Part shown: piece after piece, positions 30,330-41,435 of the stretch | How positions within the stretch are numbered: the first letter of the stretch is position 1 | Layout of the letters: each line of letters begins with the position of its first letter | The notes under the pieces: model-generated | What the model saw: the letters and a program-made list of their open reading frames with translations, nothing else | What the model was told of the DNA's origin: nothing | Databases searched by the model: none | Program-made: the position numbers and the translations under genes | NCBI GenBank assembly: GCA_963718965.1 | Contig: CAVRBJ010000027.1 | Location: 1,470-65,469 of the forward strand | Reading direction: 5' to 3' | Source of the DNA: an uncultured delta proteobacterium | GTDB taxonomy: Bacteria > Desulfobacterota > WTBG01 > CAIYCZ01 > CAIRTM01 | Length of the DNA stretch: 64,000 nt

Positions 30330-31835
30330 CTAATCAGCGCATCCTGCGCCCATTTTCGAGCGCAGAACATCGGATTTAAGCAGAAAAGAGCCGTCAGCAA
30401 TAATTTTCTGCCCGGCGGTCAGCCCGTCTTTAATTTCAACATAGTCATTAAACCTTGCCCCCAGTGACACGGGCCGGCGAATCCAGTACTCACCCTCCTT
30501 GTGAACAAAAACAAAAGTCCGCCCTGCATCGGCAAGAACCGCCACTTTGGGAACCGCAAGTGCATCGCCGCCGCCGGGAAGCATGAGCCGTACAGTGACA
30601 AACATGCCCGGTTTAAGAAGCCCTTCTGGGTTATCAAGGGTGATGCGCGCCCGCGCCGTTCGGGTCTGTTCATCCATGATGCCGGAGATGCTGTCGATTT
30701 TACCTTTATACACTTTGCCGGGACTTGCCATTGCTTCAACCTCAACAGCAATGTTTTGCTTATCGCCGTTGAGCCGGGTCAAATCATCTTCTTTCAGATC
30801 AGCCGAGATGCAAATCTGTGAAAGGTCCGACAGCAGCAGCAGGTTTTTCCCCGGCTCTATCCGCTCCCCTTTGTTGACAGCCCTTTCAAGCACGATACCG
30901 GCATAAGGCGCACGGATTGTGAGCAGGCCGGTAATTTTCTCCAGGGGGGTTTGTTCAAGCGCCACGATGTCTTCATCAGAAAGGCCGAGGTTCAGCAGTT
31001 TTGTTCTGGCATTTGCCCGTTCAATCACAGTTTGTGAAAGCTGAGCCTTTGCTGTTTCAACATCAACCTGGGAGGACACCATTTTTGAGAAAAGGCGCTC
31101 CTCGCGCTGCACTGCTTTTTTTGCCAGCTCAAGCGATGCAAGCAGCTTCCTATAGTCTCCTTTTGCCGCAGCTATATCAGGGCTGTCGATCAGCAGCAGC
31201 ACATCACCCTGGGCAACCTGCTGACCGCTCGCAACCGCTGCTTTACTCACAATACCGCTGACAGCGCTTGAAATATTAACGGTCATGTTCTCATGTGCTT
31301 TAACCTCGCCGGTAAGGGGAAAGGAGCGCGGCATCTGCTGTTTGCCAACAGTTGTCGAGGCAATCACCCCGGTCACAGACTCTGTGCCGAAAACAGTCGG
31401 CGCAAGCTTCACAACGCCCAGTTCATAGCGGCATTCATCGCAGGTATAGTGGATGATGCCGTGTTCGCATTTTGCAACCCACATTTCATCAATCGAGCGG
31501 TCAAGATCCGATGCTTCGGCTTCATTACTGTGAGCGTCGCTGTCATGCCCGTCTTTAGCCTCTTCCTTTTTCTGCTCATCTTGTCCAGCATCTTTGGGTG
31601 CATGATTATGCCCCGCATGCTTATCTGCGGGTTCTGCATGTTCATCGCCTGATGCCGCATGTTTGTCCGGGCTTTCTTTATGTTCTTTAGCGGAACTCGC
31701 AGCATCAACCTCTATGGCTTTATCTGCCGCAGCGGGAGTCTTTTCAGCATTGGAGCATGATTGCAGAAAACAACCGGCGACACATGCAAAAGCGCACCAG
31801 GCGATAAGCACAGTATATTTGCTTCTTCTTTTCAT
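30330..31835 (-). CDS. czcB: CzcB-type RND adaptor with a His-rich and Cys/His N-terminal extension
   Basis: Signal/lipoprotein-like N-terminus, His-rich linker, CEHGIIHYTCDEC, IRAPYAGIV, LKPGMF. Confidence 0.9.
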   Translation of the reverse strand: MKRRSKYTVLIAWCAFACVAGCFLQSCSNAEKTPAAADKAIEVDAASSAKEHKESPDKHAASGDEHAEPADKHAGHNHAPKDAGQDEQKKEEAKDGHDSDAHSNEAEASDLDRSIDEMWVAKCEHGIIHYTCDECRYELGVVKLAPTVFGTESVTGVIASTTVGKQQMPRSFPLTGEVKAHENMTVNISSAVSGIVSKAAVASGQQVAQGDVLLLIDSPDIAAAKGDYRKLLASLELAKKAVQREERLFSKMVSSQVDVETAKAQLSQTVIERANARTKLLNLGLSDEDIVALEQTPLEKITGLLTIRAPYAGIVLERAVNKGERIEPGKNLLLLSDLSQICISADLKEDDLTRLNGDKQNIAVEVEAMASPGKVYKGKIDSISGIMDEQTRTARARITLDNPEGLLKPGMFVTVRLMLPGGGDALAVPKVAVLADAGRTFVFVHKEGEYWIRRPVSLGARFNDYVEIKDGLTAGQKIIADGSFLLKSDVLRSKMGAGCAD

Positions 31836-32025
31836 GATTGTTACCTTCTTAGAATTTAAATTTTCCAGCACTATTCTGTAAGTATTTCCAAACCTGTTTC
31901 TTCACAGCCATAAAATATTTTTTTATCCTATCCACTGCGACTTCCAATCCCTGAACTATCTCCCGCGCCCTACTTTTCTCTGAATTTTGAATCCGAATTT
32001 TGATCTCCTCCCCGACTCCTAACCC

Positions 32026-33382
32026 CTAATCCCCCACTGCCTGACCCACCATACGCTCCAGTGCTGTACGGCTTGTGTGATAGTCTGCAAGGGTATCAGT
32101 GTACTGCTGCTTCAGCTCAAAAAGAGTGCGTTGTGCGTCAAGCACCATAAGGTAGCTGAATTTCCCCTGCCCGTAGCCTTCCTGTGCAGCTTCAAAAGCC
32201 CGAACTGCACCGGAAATCGACCTGTCGCGCAGAGCGGAAGCCAAGTGCAAAAGCCGATGAACAGCTTTGATAGGTTTGAGTAAGATCGCTTCGTGTTTTA
32301 ATAAAACCGGCCTTTTGTTCCTCTTCAGCCTTTGCAACATTGCAGCGCGCCTCCTGCCGCTCTCCCTGATTTCGGTTAAACAGCGGAATGGGCACGGACA
32401 TACCAACGACAAATGCTTTATCATTATTGGCGTTGAAGTACCGGGGGCCCGCGCTGACGGTAATATCGGGCAGTGCGCCGGCATCTTTCAGCTTTACCTC
32501 GGCTTTTCGTTTCTCAAGCTCGGCTTTCCACCGCAGCATATCCGGGCTTTCATCAAGGGCTGCATACAGTTTATCAAGGTCTGGCAAGGGGCTGATAGCA
32601 TCAAATTGCCCTTCTGCTTTTTCAAAAGCCGGGGCGGAAGCGCCCAGCGCAGCGGCAAGCCTGCTGCGGCTGGACTGAAGATCGCTTTTTGTTTTTTTGA
32701 ATTGCAGCTCCGTTGTCGTAAGCGCTATATTTGCCTGAACCTCTTCAACTGCCGGCGCCTTGCCAACGGCAACTTTTTCAGCTGCCGTAGCATAAGTCTG
32801 CTCAGCCAGTTTAAAAAGAGCCTCTGCAATGGTTGCGCGCTCCTGAGCCGCCAGCACTTCCCAGAATGTGGTGGAAATTTTTTCAAACACATCCAGCCTT
32901 TTAATTTCATACTCCCAGCCCGCAAGATTCTTTTCAAGCGCTGCAGTCCGCTTGCGGTGGCTGCGCTTGCCGCCGGTCTCAAACAGCTGGCTCACTTGCA
33001 CCGTGGTTTCCGCGCTTTTAAATCCCTGCATCTCATTGTTGCCGCCAAAATTTTCAACTTCCGTTGAGAGTTCCGGATTCGGCAGAAGCCCTGCCTGAAG
33101 TTCCCGCGCCTCGGCTGCGCGCACATCCCAGGCAAAAGATGCAAGCTCAGGACTGTGCATGAGCCCGGTGGCAAGCGCCTGCTGCAGGGTAAGCGTGCCT
33201 GCGGGCAGAACAATTAAAGCTGTAGTTTTATTGTCTGAAATTTTCTCCGGAGGCACAAAGGTTGCGAACTCCCGGCCCAGCTTGCGCTGATCCGCCAGAA
33301 AGACATCCTGGGGTTGCGCCGCACAACCTGCAAAACCGGCGCAATACACAACAGCCATGAGATAATAAAAACGAATAATCAT
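32026..33382 (-). CDS. czcC: CzcC outer membrane factor; frameshift near 32200-32250
   Basis: AGLLPNPEL, ETGGKR, PLFNRNQG; C-terminus YLMVLDAQRTL in ORF 32026-32484; RBS GGAG. Confidence 0.9.
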
Positions 33383-33514
33383 AAAAACTCTCCTCAGATG
33401 CACATAAGCGGAGCATCGGTCATGCACGGCATGATGATGTTCACGCTAAGAATACGTTTTGCTAGTATATTTGAATTAAAAAGGCGCGAAATTTTGAAAA
33501 AAGGCAGGGGATTT

Positions 33515-33931
33515 TCAAATAAGAAGAATGACTGTTTTTAAAGATGCAAGCAGCGGATTATGAGGTGGTGGCATATCGTGGTTAAATATTACCGGGCAGG
33601 GCTGATTCATGGAAAAAAACAGAGGCGAAACAACACTCAGGGGTATAACATAATTTTGCAACGAAGCAGCAAGGCTGGTCGAAGCGATATATTTTTCAGC
33701 CCCGATGGGAACATCAACACAGCGCACAAAATCAGATCGCTCCAAAAGGGTAGCCGGCGCAGATTTTTCCTGTGCTTTGCAGCAGTCTTTATCGGCTGGC
33801 CGTTCAATTGCAACATGGCCATCTGCGCCATAGCATATAACAAACCCCTCATGCGACCATTGCGCAAGAGTAAGCAGCAGAACTGCAATGACAATCCTTT
33901 TAAAACGCAATCTGTAAGCCGATATAATCAT
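33515..33931 (-). CDS. Small exported Cys/His protein at the head of the czc operon (CzcI-like position)
   Basis: Hydrophobic N-terminus, VICYGADGHVAIE, CC, CVDVP, and a C-terminal TVILLI. Confidence 0.7.
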   Translation of the reverse strand: MIISAYRLRFKRIVIAVLLLTLAQWSHEGFVICYGADGHVAIERPADKDCCKAQEKSAPATLLERSDFVRCVDVPIGAEKYIASTSLAASLQNYVIPLSVVSPLFFSMNQPCPVIFNHDMPPPHNPLLASLKTVILLI

Positions 33932-33942
33932 GGCGCCTATTG

Positions 33943-34015
33943 AAGTATTTACTTTCTTTTAATATCCTACAAAAACAGTAGCTTGTCAAGACATGCTGCC
34001 GATCCCGGCAGGCTG
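33943..34015. repeat. ~73-bp direct repeat, copy 1 (contains a minus-strand TTGACA)
   Basis: aagtattta..aatatcctacaaaaacagtagcttgtcaagacatgctg..cggcaggctg matches 35171-35245. Confidence 0.9.
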
Positions 34016-34156
34016 ACGTCCCGGTCCCGTGTGTGCAGGGGCAGATTTTAATAAACCCGATAGTTTTAATCCGGGTGTATTCGACGCCCCGCAAAGGTAT
34101 CAGGCTGATTTAAAATACAACTTTAAATATTCATAAATCATGCTATACTCTCACAC

Positions 34157-35044
34157 ATGATACAACGCGACATACAACACGAGTTAAAGGCCGTAGCACT
34201 GGAGTATCCAGTCGTGACGATTGTGGGGCCGCGACAGTCGGGGAAAACGACGCTTGCCGGGATGGTTTTTAAAAAAAAGCCCTACTGCTCGCTTGAAGAT
34301 CCCGACACGGCGCTGCTTGCAACAACCGATCCGCGCGGCTTTCTGGGGCAGTTCCCCGACGGGGCCGTTCTTGATGAAATCCAGCGGGCGCCGCAGCTGC
34401 TTTCCTACCTGCAGACCATTGTTGACCGGCAGCCCAAGCGCAAGGGCCTGTTTATTCTTACCGGCAGCCATCAGCCGCAGCTGCATAGCGGCATCAGCCA
34501 GTCGCTGGCAGGCCGCACGGCGCTTCTGACGCTGATGCCCCTGTCGATTGCGGAGCTGAAGCTCTTTAAAATCAGGCCCCATGCCTTTCAGTGCATGCTG
34601 AGCGGCTTTTACCCCCGCATATACAATGACGGTCTTGACCCTTCGCGGTTCTATAAAAATTATTTTGCCACCTATGTCGAGCGCGATGTCCGGCAGATTT
34701 TAAACCTTAAGGATTTGTCGGCTTTTCAAAAATTCATGAGGCTTCTTGCCGGCCGCATAGGCCAGCTCATCAATTTCAGCAGCCTGGCAAATGATACGGG
34801 GGTATCTTCCGTTACCATAAAGAACTGGTGCTCCATCCTGAAAGCTTCATATATTATTTATGAACTCAGGCCCTATTACCGGAACTTAAATAAACGTCTT
34901 GTGAAATCACCGAAGATTTATTTTACGGACGTAGGGCTCGCCGCATATCTGCTAGGGCTTGCAAGCCCTGATCAGATCAGGCGCGACCCCTGCAGGGGAG
35001 GGCTTTTTAAATCTGGTATCATGGATAATAGAATGCATCCATAG
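34157..35044 (+). pseudogene. AAA_14/DUF4143 ATP-binding protein, C-terminally truncated
   Basis: GPRQSGKT, LDEIQ, ILTGS, YVERDV, KSPKIYFTDVGL. Similarity stops at GGLF before the usual EN..EVD/EIK domain. Confidence 0.8.
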
Positions 35045-35170
35045 CTGGTTGAATCGTGACAGCCGATCTCTTATTTGTTGCGATTATAAATTTGAAAATG
35101 ATCTCGGGTTTCTGCTTATTGCTTGTGCGCTGATCTCATACGAGCAGCCGGGCTATTGAGATAATCTCTA

Positions 35171-35245
35171 AAGTATTTATTTTCTTTGAATATCCTACAA
35201 AAAGCAGTAGCTTGTCAAGACATGCTGCTCGATGCCGGCAGGCTG
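35171..35245. repeat. ~75-bp direct repeat, copy 2
   Basis: Matches 33943-34015. Confidence 0.9.
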
Positions 35246-35555
35246 GACCGCCAAAGGGTTACAAATGCGGCGATACGGCCTATCAATAGTATGCACTCGC
35301 CACAGCAATCATAAAAATTTTTAAAAAATCAATTCATTTAATAAATTAAATAATATTTGAAATAAGTTTGTTCAGGCAATACTCTCCCTCCGCACATACA
35401 GGCACATAAGCAGGGGATATGACCACATGAGTCAATTCGTTATAGAAAACCCCGACCCGTGGGATGCGCAGAATACCATGAGAGCCAAACGTGTCCTTGC
35501 TTTCGACTGGTGCTTTTGCTAAAGACTGACTGTGTGAGGATAGAAGGATCTGCCA

Positions 35556-35906
35556 ATGGATCACCCTGCGCGCAGCCCGGAACAGATCATCGCCGATTTC
35601 CAGCGACGCCGCCGGCTGACCTTCAGAATCCGCAAGTGGACGGCGGGGCTCGGATTGGGCGGCGTATTCGGAGGTATTCTCATCCTGAAGTCGCTGCATG
35701 ACCTGCAGGACCCGCCCTATTGGCTCTTTGCCGGCATAGTGGCCGCACTGGTCATCTTTGTTTTCGGCGCGTACTACACACCGCACCTGTACCGCTGCCC
35801 GTGCTGCGGCCTGCGTGTCCGCGCCCCCGATCCGACCGAATCCGGCTACATCCTTATCAAAGACCCGGTCTCGTGCCCGCACTGCGGCACCATTCTGAAA
35901 GGATAA
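35556..35906 (+). CDS. Small two-TM membrane protein with a zinc ribbon
   Basis: RBS AAGGA, two hydrophobic segments, YRCPCCG..CPHCG. Confidence 0.7.
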   Translation: MDHPARSPEQIIADFQRRRRLTFRIRKWTAGLGLGGVFGGILILKSLHDLQDPPYWLFAGIVAALVIFVFGAYYTPHLYRCPCCGLRVRAPDPTESGYILIKDPVSCPHCGTILKG

Positions 35907-36010
35907 GCAGGAACGCCTCACTGTTTATTCCGGGCGCAACCAGGTGGCCCTACGGAACCTGAATTGTCGACTTAATTGTTTTTAATTTCAGACTTTATTT
36001 GTATTCTCTT

Positions 36011-36914
36011 TTAAAAAAGGCCCTTTTCCCGCGAGTCTGAAATTGTGTTTTCAGTTAACCAGGGAAGCCACGTTCGCAGTTGTTCGTAAAGAGACGGAAA
36101 ATTGCTCTCAAGAAATGTATTGATCCTGCTAAGAATATTTTGCTTATTTTCTTCGATAGGCAAGGCTCTGCCCTCTAATTGAGCCTGTAATCTTTCAGCC
36201 CTCTTTTCAGGGTCAGGGTGGCTGGAAAGAAAGGAATGCCCTTTGCTTAATGTGGCGATTTTCTTCAGTGCTGAGACAGCATGCTGCGGTTCAAACTTCT
36301 CACGCTTGAGAAAGGCCAACCCGTAATCATCAGCCTCTTTTTCTTCCAGTTGCGAAAACTGCGCATTCATAAGGGATTCTGCAAGACCTCCCAATACTGA
36401 CTGAGCTAAATCTCCTGCAGCATTATTCTGGGATGCGATACCTTTGCGCACTGCACTGGCGGCATAGGCAAGCTGTATTTTCTTTCGGATATGGTTTTTC
36501 ATCACATGGCCCATTTCATGCCCGATAACGAAACGCACTTCACCATCACTCAGCATATCCATAAGGCCGCTATATATGCGGATAGTTCCGTTTGCCATGG
36601 CAAAAGCATTTACCTCAGCAGACTGGTAAACACCATAGTTAAACTTCAGATTACCATCCTGCAGGTTTTGACCAATCAGCTGATTAAGCCGTGTTGCGTA
36701 TGTGCTTTCAGGTGGCGCCAGTGTGTTCTTCTGGTCTGAAACCTGTGCTGCCTGCGTTGCAATCTGCCTGCACATTTTTATCAGAAAGGGTCAGCGCCTT
36801 AACCGCATCCATCCCCGCATTGGTTGCCATCTGCAGGTCCGTATTCTCACAGCCCGACAGCACAAGCATACAGAAACAAAATGCCGCAACAAAATATTTT
36901 ATCATCATTCTCAT
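36011..36914 (-). CDS. loiP: M48 metalloprotease lipoprotein (LoiP/YggG-like); frameshift near 36770
   Basis: Lipobox LSGC, VNAFAMANG, GHEMGH, FSQLEEKEADDYG, SSHPD. Confidence 0.85.
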
Positions 36915-36936
36915 GAAATTTCCCTGATGTGTACGG

Positions 36937-37836
36937 CTAACGGTCGAGTTCCTTGTCCTGATGGGAGGCCGGGTCGTCAAGCGGCTCAAGGTGGGTCGTT
37001 ATGGTAACCTCAGGCAGGGCTGCGCGGATATCAGCCTCCAAGTGCTCCAGCAGATCATGGCCTGCATCAACAGTCCAGAAGCCTGGCACCAGCACATGCA
37101 TCGATACGAAGCGGCGGGAAGCAGCCTGCCGGGTGCGCAGGGCATGACACTGTATTCCCTTCTGCATGTATTTTTCAAGAATCCGCACAACTTCTGCAAG
37201 CTCGTCAGGCGGCAGGGCCGAATCCATAAGCCCCAGGGTGGAGCGTTTGATAAGATAATAGCCTGACCACACGATATTAACGGCCACAGCAAGGGCGACA
37301 AGCGGATCAAGAACCTGCCAGCCCGTGAGTGTCACGGCGATGATTCCCCCGACAACCCCTGCCGATGTCCAGACATCGGTCATAAGGTGGCGCGCATCAG
37401 CCTCAAGGGTGATGGATCTGTTCTGTTTCCCGGCGCGCAGCAGAATGCGCGCTACGAAAAAGTTGATGAGAGAGGCGGCTGTTGAAATTGCAAGGCCAGC
37501 GCCGGCCTGTTCAAGCGGCTGGGGGTGAATGAGACGATTGACTGCTGCAACGCCGATGCTGATGGCTGCTATAAGTATCAGAGTTCCTTCGGCGCCGCTG
37601 GCGAAATACTCGGCTTTGCTGTGGCCATAGGCATGGTCATCATCCGGCGGGCGCGCTGCAATCGTCAATACGACAAGGGCTATCACAGCGCCAAGCAGGT
37701 TGACTATTGATTCTACGGCATCCGAGAGCAGGCCCACTGATCCGGTCAGCCAGTAGGCCGCGCCTTTGAGCGCCATAGTCGCCACTGCTGCTGCGATTGA
37801 CAGCCAGGCATAGCGGGTGAGAGCGGAACGGCTCAT
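36937..37836 (-). CDS. Cation diffusion facilitator (FieF-like)
   Basis: [30 protein letters not shown]. Confidence 0.95.
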   Translation of the reverse strand: MSRSALTRYAWLSIAAAVATMALKGAAYWLTGSVGLLSDAVESIVNLLGAVIALVVLTIAARPPDDDHAYGHSKAEYFASGAEGTLILIAAISIGVAAVNRLIHPQPLEQAGAGLAISTAASLINFFVARILLRAGKQNRSITLEADARHLMTDVWTSAGVVGGIIAVTLTGWQVLDPLVALAVAVNIVWSGYYLIKRSTLGLMDSALPPDELAEVVRILEKYMQKGIQCHALRTRQAASRRFVSMHVLVPGFWTVDAGHDLLEHLEADIRAALPEVTITTHLEPLDDPASHQDKELDR

Positions 37837-37931
37837 GGATGAGTGTGTCCTTTTACGTTAATCAGTGCCGAAATATGTACCACAGTTGCGGCTGAAAAAA
37901 TATCCTAAAAACTAACCGTTACTTAAAGCAA

Positions 37932-38342
37932 CTATCCCTTGCCCCCGCCGGCAAGTCCCAGTATCTGCGAAACAAGATCAAGCAGCCCTTTGAGTCCGGA
38001 TGTATTGATTAAATCAAGAATACCCTTGATGCCGTTTTGCTCGATCAGTTTCACCAGCTTCATTAAAAGTGGCGCAAGAACCGCCACCAATGCCACCGCG
38101 CACAGCAAAACAACCACGCAGGCTATGCCTGCAAGGATCAGAAATGTTTTATTCCTGAGGAGCCTGAAAAGAAGGGGTTTCAGGGCCGAAGCAATAGCCT
38201 GTTTTTTATTGTATCCGTAGTTGCCATGCTGATCATCGAAGTGGTCGTCATAGCCGTGGTGACCATAGCGCCGGTTTTCATGCCGGTCATGATTGCGACT
38301 ATGGGTGCTGCCGTTACTCAAAAGATCTTCAAATAAACTCAT
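37932..38342 (-). CDS. Hypothetical membrane protein with a His-rich N-terminus
   Basis: HSRNHDRHE..GHHGYDDHFDDQH followed by a TM helix; RBS GGAG. Confidence 0.75.
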   Translation of the reverse strand: MSLFEDLLSNGSTHSRNHDRHENRRYGHHGYDDHFDDQHGNYGYNKKQAIASALKPLLFRLLRNKTFLILAGIACVVVLLCAVALVAVLAPLLMKLVKLIEQNGIKGILDLINTSGLKGLLDLVSQILGLAGGGKG

Positions 38343-38375
38343 AATTACATTCTCCGTTACTAGTTTTAAAAAATA

Positions 38376-39029
38376 TTATTTGCATGTCCGTAGAAACTTT
38401 TTTTTATAGAAATACGCCAACACTGCAAGCGCTGCGCAGATTCCGGCGATAATCAACAGCATGCTGTTTTGATGGCTGCGCACGGAACTCCCGGCCACTG
38501 ATAGCAGAATAGTCCCAAGCAGCCTGCCTGCTGCTGCAATGATCATAAACTCCCTGGCCGGCATATGGCTAAGCCCCATGATATAGCACAGCATGTCCTT
38601 GGGCATGCCGGGCAGCACAAAAAAGGCGAGGCATACGAGCCAGCCTCTGCCTTTCATAAACGTGTCATAGCGGCTGATGGCCGACTGTGGGGCAACACGC
38701 TCAACAAGGGGAAGTCCGTATGTTCTCGCAAGGATGAAGGCAATCCATGACCCGATGGTGAGACCGATGGTTGAGTAGACGGTACCGAGCATCGGGCCAT
38801 ACAGATACCCGCCGATAAGCCCGGTCACCTCACCTGGTATGGGCGTGATGATGACCTGCAGAACCTGCAGCAGCATGAAGGCAAGAATGGAAAGTGGCCC
38901 GAGCGCAGAGACCGCTTGAAGCATTTTTTCTTCACTGCTGAAAAAGCTCGGCAAATCATAATAAAAAAAGAGAAAGCAGCCAGATACAATGATGGCAAGC
39001 ACAAGCAGAATTAAAAAAAATTTTTTCAT
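38376..39029 (-). CDS. TVP38/TMEM64 (DedA superfamily) protein
   Basis: LQVIITPIPGE..GGYLYG, LPGMPKD..YIMGLS. Confidence 0.9.
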   Translation of the reverse strand: MKKFFLILLVLAIIVSGCFLFFYYDLPSFFSSEEKMLQAVSALGPLSILAFMLLQVLQVIITPIPGEVTGLIGGYLYGPMLGTVYSTIGLTIGSWIAFILARTYGLPLVERVAPQSAISRYDTFMKGRGWLVCLAFFVLPGMPKDMLCYIMGLSHMPAREFMIIAAAGRLLGTILLSVAGSSVRSHQNSMLLIIAGICAALAVLAYFYKKKFLRTCK

Positions 39030-39185
39030 GCCGATACTCGAACAGCCGTTGTGCCCATACATCGGACAGGTGCTAAAAAGTATACCGCAAACGTGAAGGC
39101 CCGGCACAATGCCGGGCCTGCCTCGCTTGACACATCTGCGATAATTTTATTATAGGCAGTAATCATAACACTGTAGCAGCAGTGT

Positions 39186-39458
39186 TTAGTCGAACAGCTG
39201 CTCGAGAAAACTTTTTCTCCGCTTGTAATGCTGCTGATCGCCGTGATGGCTGTCATGAGGTTTGTCATAGTAGCTGGTGTTCGAATACCCCTGACCAGGG
39301 GCAGGCTGCTGCGGCTGCAATTCAGCTGCCGAGCGCTCGATGATCTTGTCAAGCTCGCCCCTGTCCAGCCACACGCCGCGGCACTTGGAGCAGTAATCGA
39401 TTTCAACGCCCTGCCGTTCTGCAATCTGAAGATCAATTTCACAAATCGGACATTTCAT
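39186..39458 (-). CDS. zf-TFIIB-domain protein
   Basis: MKCPIC..EIDYCSKCRGVWLDRGELDKII..RRKSFLEQLFD. Confidence 0.92.
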   Translation of the reverse strand: MKCPICEIDLQIAERQGVEIDYCSKCRGVWLDRGELDKIIERSAAELQPQQPAPGQGYSNTSYYDKPHDSHHGDQQHYKRRKSFLEQLFD

Positions 39459-39520
39459 GATATTTACTCCCTGTAGCTGCGTTATTGGCACATGCCGTTT
39501 CAAAACAACGTACTACCGTG

Positions 39521-40654
39521 TTATCTGCCCGCAACCTTCCGGCCATCGGCCCAGAGCAGCTGCTCTGCCTTGGCTGCCGAGTCTTCAAGCGCCGCGCGCT
39601 TTTCGGGCTTGAGCCAGGAGCGGAATGAAACATGAACATTGCCCGGGTCATCAGGCATGGTGGCCATAACGATAGAGAGGGTCTCTTCTTTGTCCCCGCC
39701 TTTTTTCATGGCAGTAAACCAGGACATGTAGTCGGTCTCACGTTCCTTCTTCAGCTCAAAGCCGTTCTGGCCTGCCCACTCGGCAAGAAGCCTGGCTGTT
39801 GCGGGTAGATCGGTCTTGATCCTCGATCGCGAATAGTAGGATTTTTTGGAGCTGAGCTTCACGGTATAGGGCCGCTCCGATACCGGCACCCAGGTCTCGC
39901 CGTTGTCTTTTGAAATAAGATTCGTGGTTTTTACTTTAGCGGGATCCTTAAGCGATGCGGGCTGCAGCGAGTTCCAGAACCCGCGGTATTTCTGCACGTC
40001 GGCAAGGGGCGCAAGCCCCAGAATTTTGGTGCGCACGTCGTTGCCGAACACCTCAACGCGCTCCGGCACCAGCGACTCCCAGATATCGATGCCGACCCAG
40101 TGAGCGCCTTCGCGCGACAGCTTTTCGAGCACCCAGATCATGAAACCGTCGGTCCCCTGCAGCGTGGGCTGGACCTGCCGGCCGCCGAAGCCGCCGATGA
40201 CGACCGGTTTAATATTCGGATATTTTTCCTTTAGATCAAACAGATAATTTCTACCCGCAATGAGCTTGATCGGGGCGCCCGGCGCTTTCAGCAGCATTGT
40301 CTCATCCCAGTCGCCGCCGGTCAGAAAGTAACACACCTGCTTTTTTGCCAGCTCATCCTTCCAGAACTCTATGAACTTGTAAATCCTCGGCGAGGGCTTT
40401 TCCCATTTCGAGTAGCTGCCGATAATGACATAGTCGTAGGGTTTAACTGTTATGACCTGGTCAATTTTTTTAACATCCAGCTGCTGCTCATTGCCGATAA
40501 TGGCCTTGAGCCAGTAAGCAACCTCGGCGGTTGAGCTGTAGATGGAGTCATAGACCAGCAGTCCTTTTTTCGCCTCGGCGCGGCCGAGCGCGGGCTGCAG
40601 GCACACGGTGGCCAGCGCTAGTACTGCAAGCATTATTTTTACTGGCTTTTTCAT
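39521..40654 (-). CDS. Exported flavodoxin-domain (HemG-like) protein with an extra C-terminal domain
   Basis: Signal peptide ..GRAEA, LLVYDSIYSSTAEVA, YDYVIIGS, GGFGGR. Confidence 0.75.
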   Translation of the reverse strand: MKKPVKIMLAVLALATVCLQPALGRAEAKKGLLVYDSIYSSTAEVAYWLKAIIGNEQQLDVKKIDQVITVKPYDYVIIGSYSKWEKPSPRIYKFIEFWKDELAKKQVCYFLTGGDWDETMLLKAPGAPIKLIAGRNYLFDLKEKYPNIKPVVIGGFGGRQVQPTLQGTDGFMIWVLEKLSREGAHWVGIDIWESLVPERVEVFGNDVRTKILGLAPLADVQKYRGFWNSLQPASLKDPAKVKTTNLISKDNGETWVPVSERPYTVKLSSKKSYYSRSRIKTDLPATARLLAEWAGQNGFELKKERETDYMSWFTAMKKGGDKEETLSIVMATMPDDPGNVHVSFRSWLKPEKRAALEDSAAKAEQLLWADGRKVAGR

Positions 40655-40691
40655 AAACGTCTCCTTTCACGATGCGTATACAAACACTGGT

Positions 40692-41435
40692 TTAGGGCAT
40701 ATAGATCATTTGCATCTTCTGGTACTGGATATAGTCAAGCTTCTCCTGCGTTTCCTTCAATTCCTGCTGAAGCGCGGGCACTTCATACTTTAGATAGAAG
40801 TCCTGGGGCTTTTTCCACTGGCCCGACGACATCAATACGATATTAAGCGTTAAATAGAAAACCCCACCAAGGATGGTTTTGCGCTCGATGGAGGCCGAGC
40901 GCTTTGCCATGACCAGCACCACAATGCTCGCGATCAGAAACACCACCATGATGCAATTGGCCACAATGCCCATCATGAACAGGGGCACCCGGGAGGAATA
41001 ATTGTCCATGTAAACTTCAAAGGACCAGATGCCCAGAAAAATCACGAACACATAGGCTGCGCGGCTGTTGAGCATTTTGAGCTTCCAGAGCATATACAGC
41101 AGCGCCCATCCCGCCAGCACATAGAAATAGCCGCCCAGCACCTTGATATTCATGTCGCTGAACTGCAGGATGAGCCCCGAGGGCACGGCCAGGGAGGCTG
41201 TTTCGCCGAAAAGCTGCCACATGACAATGCCTGCAAAATAGCCGAACAGGTATCCCCGGCTGTCTTTTTCGACGGTGCAGGCCTTGTACAGCAGAAAAAG
41301 AAAGACCGCGGCGAAGAAGGGAAGCGCAAAGAGGTTATAATTTTCAATGGGCTTCATGCGAAACGGCATGAACAGAAACAGCGAGACGATAAAATAGCCC
41401 AGGCCGGACAGGCCGATGAGAAAGGTTCTTTTCAT
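40692..41435 (-). CDS. Hypothetical polytopic membrane protein
   Basis: About 7 TM segments; RBS AGGAGG before ATG 41435. Confidence 0.8.
   Translation of the reverse strand: MKRTFLIGLSGLGYFIVSLFLFMPFRMKPIENYNLFALPFFAAVFLFLLYKACTVEKDSRGYLFGYFAGIVMWQLFGETASLAVPSGLILQFSDMNIKVLGGYFYVLAGWALLYMLWKLKMLNSRAAYVFVIFLGIWSFEVYMDNYSSRVPLFMMGIVANCIMVVFLIASIVVLVMAKRSASIERKTILGGVFYLTLNIVLMSSGQWKKPQDFYLKYEVPALQQELKETQEKLDYIQYQKMQMIYMP

Noticed and set aside
34157-35044. ATPase as an anti-phage defence system
   Set aside because: Common DUF4143 family, truncated, with no partner genes.
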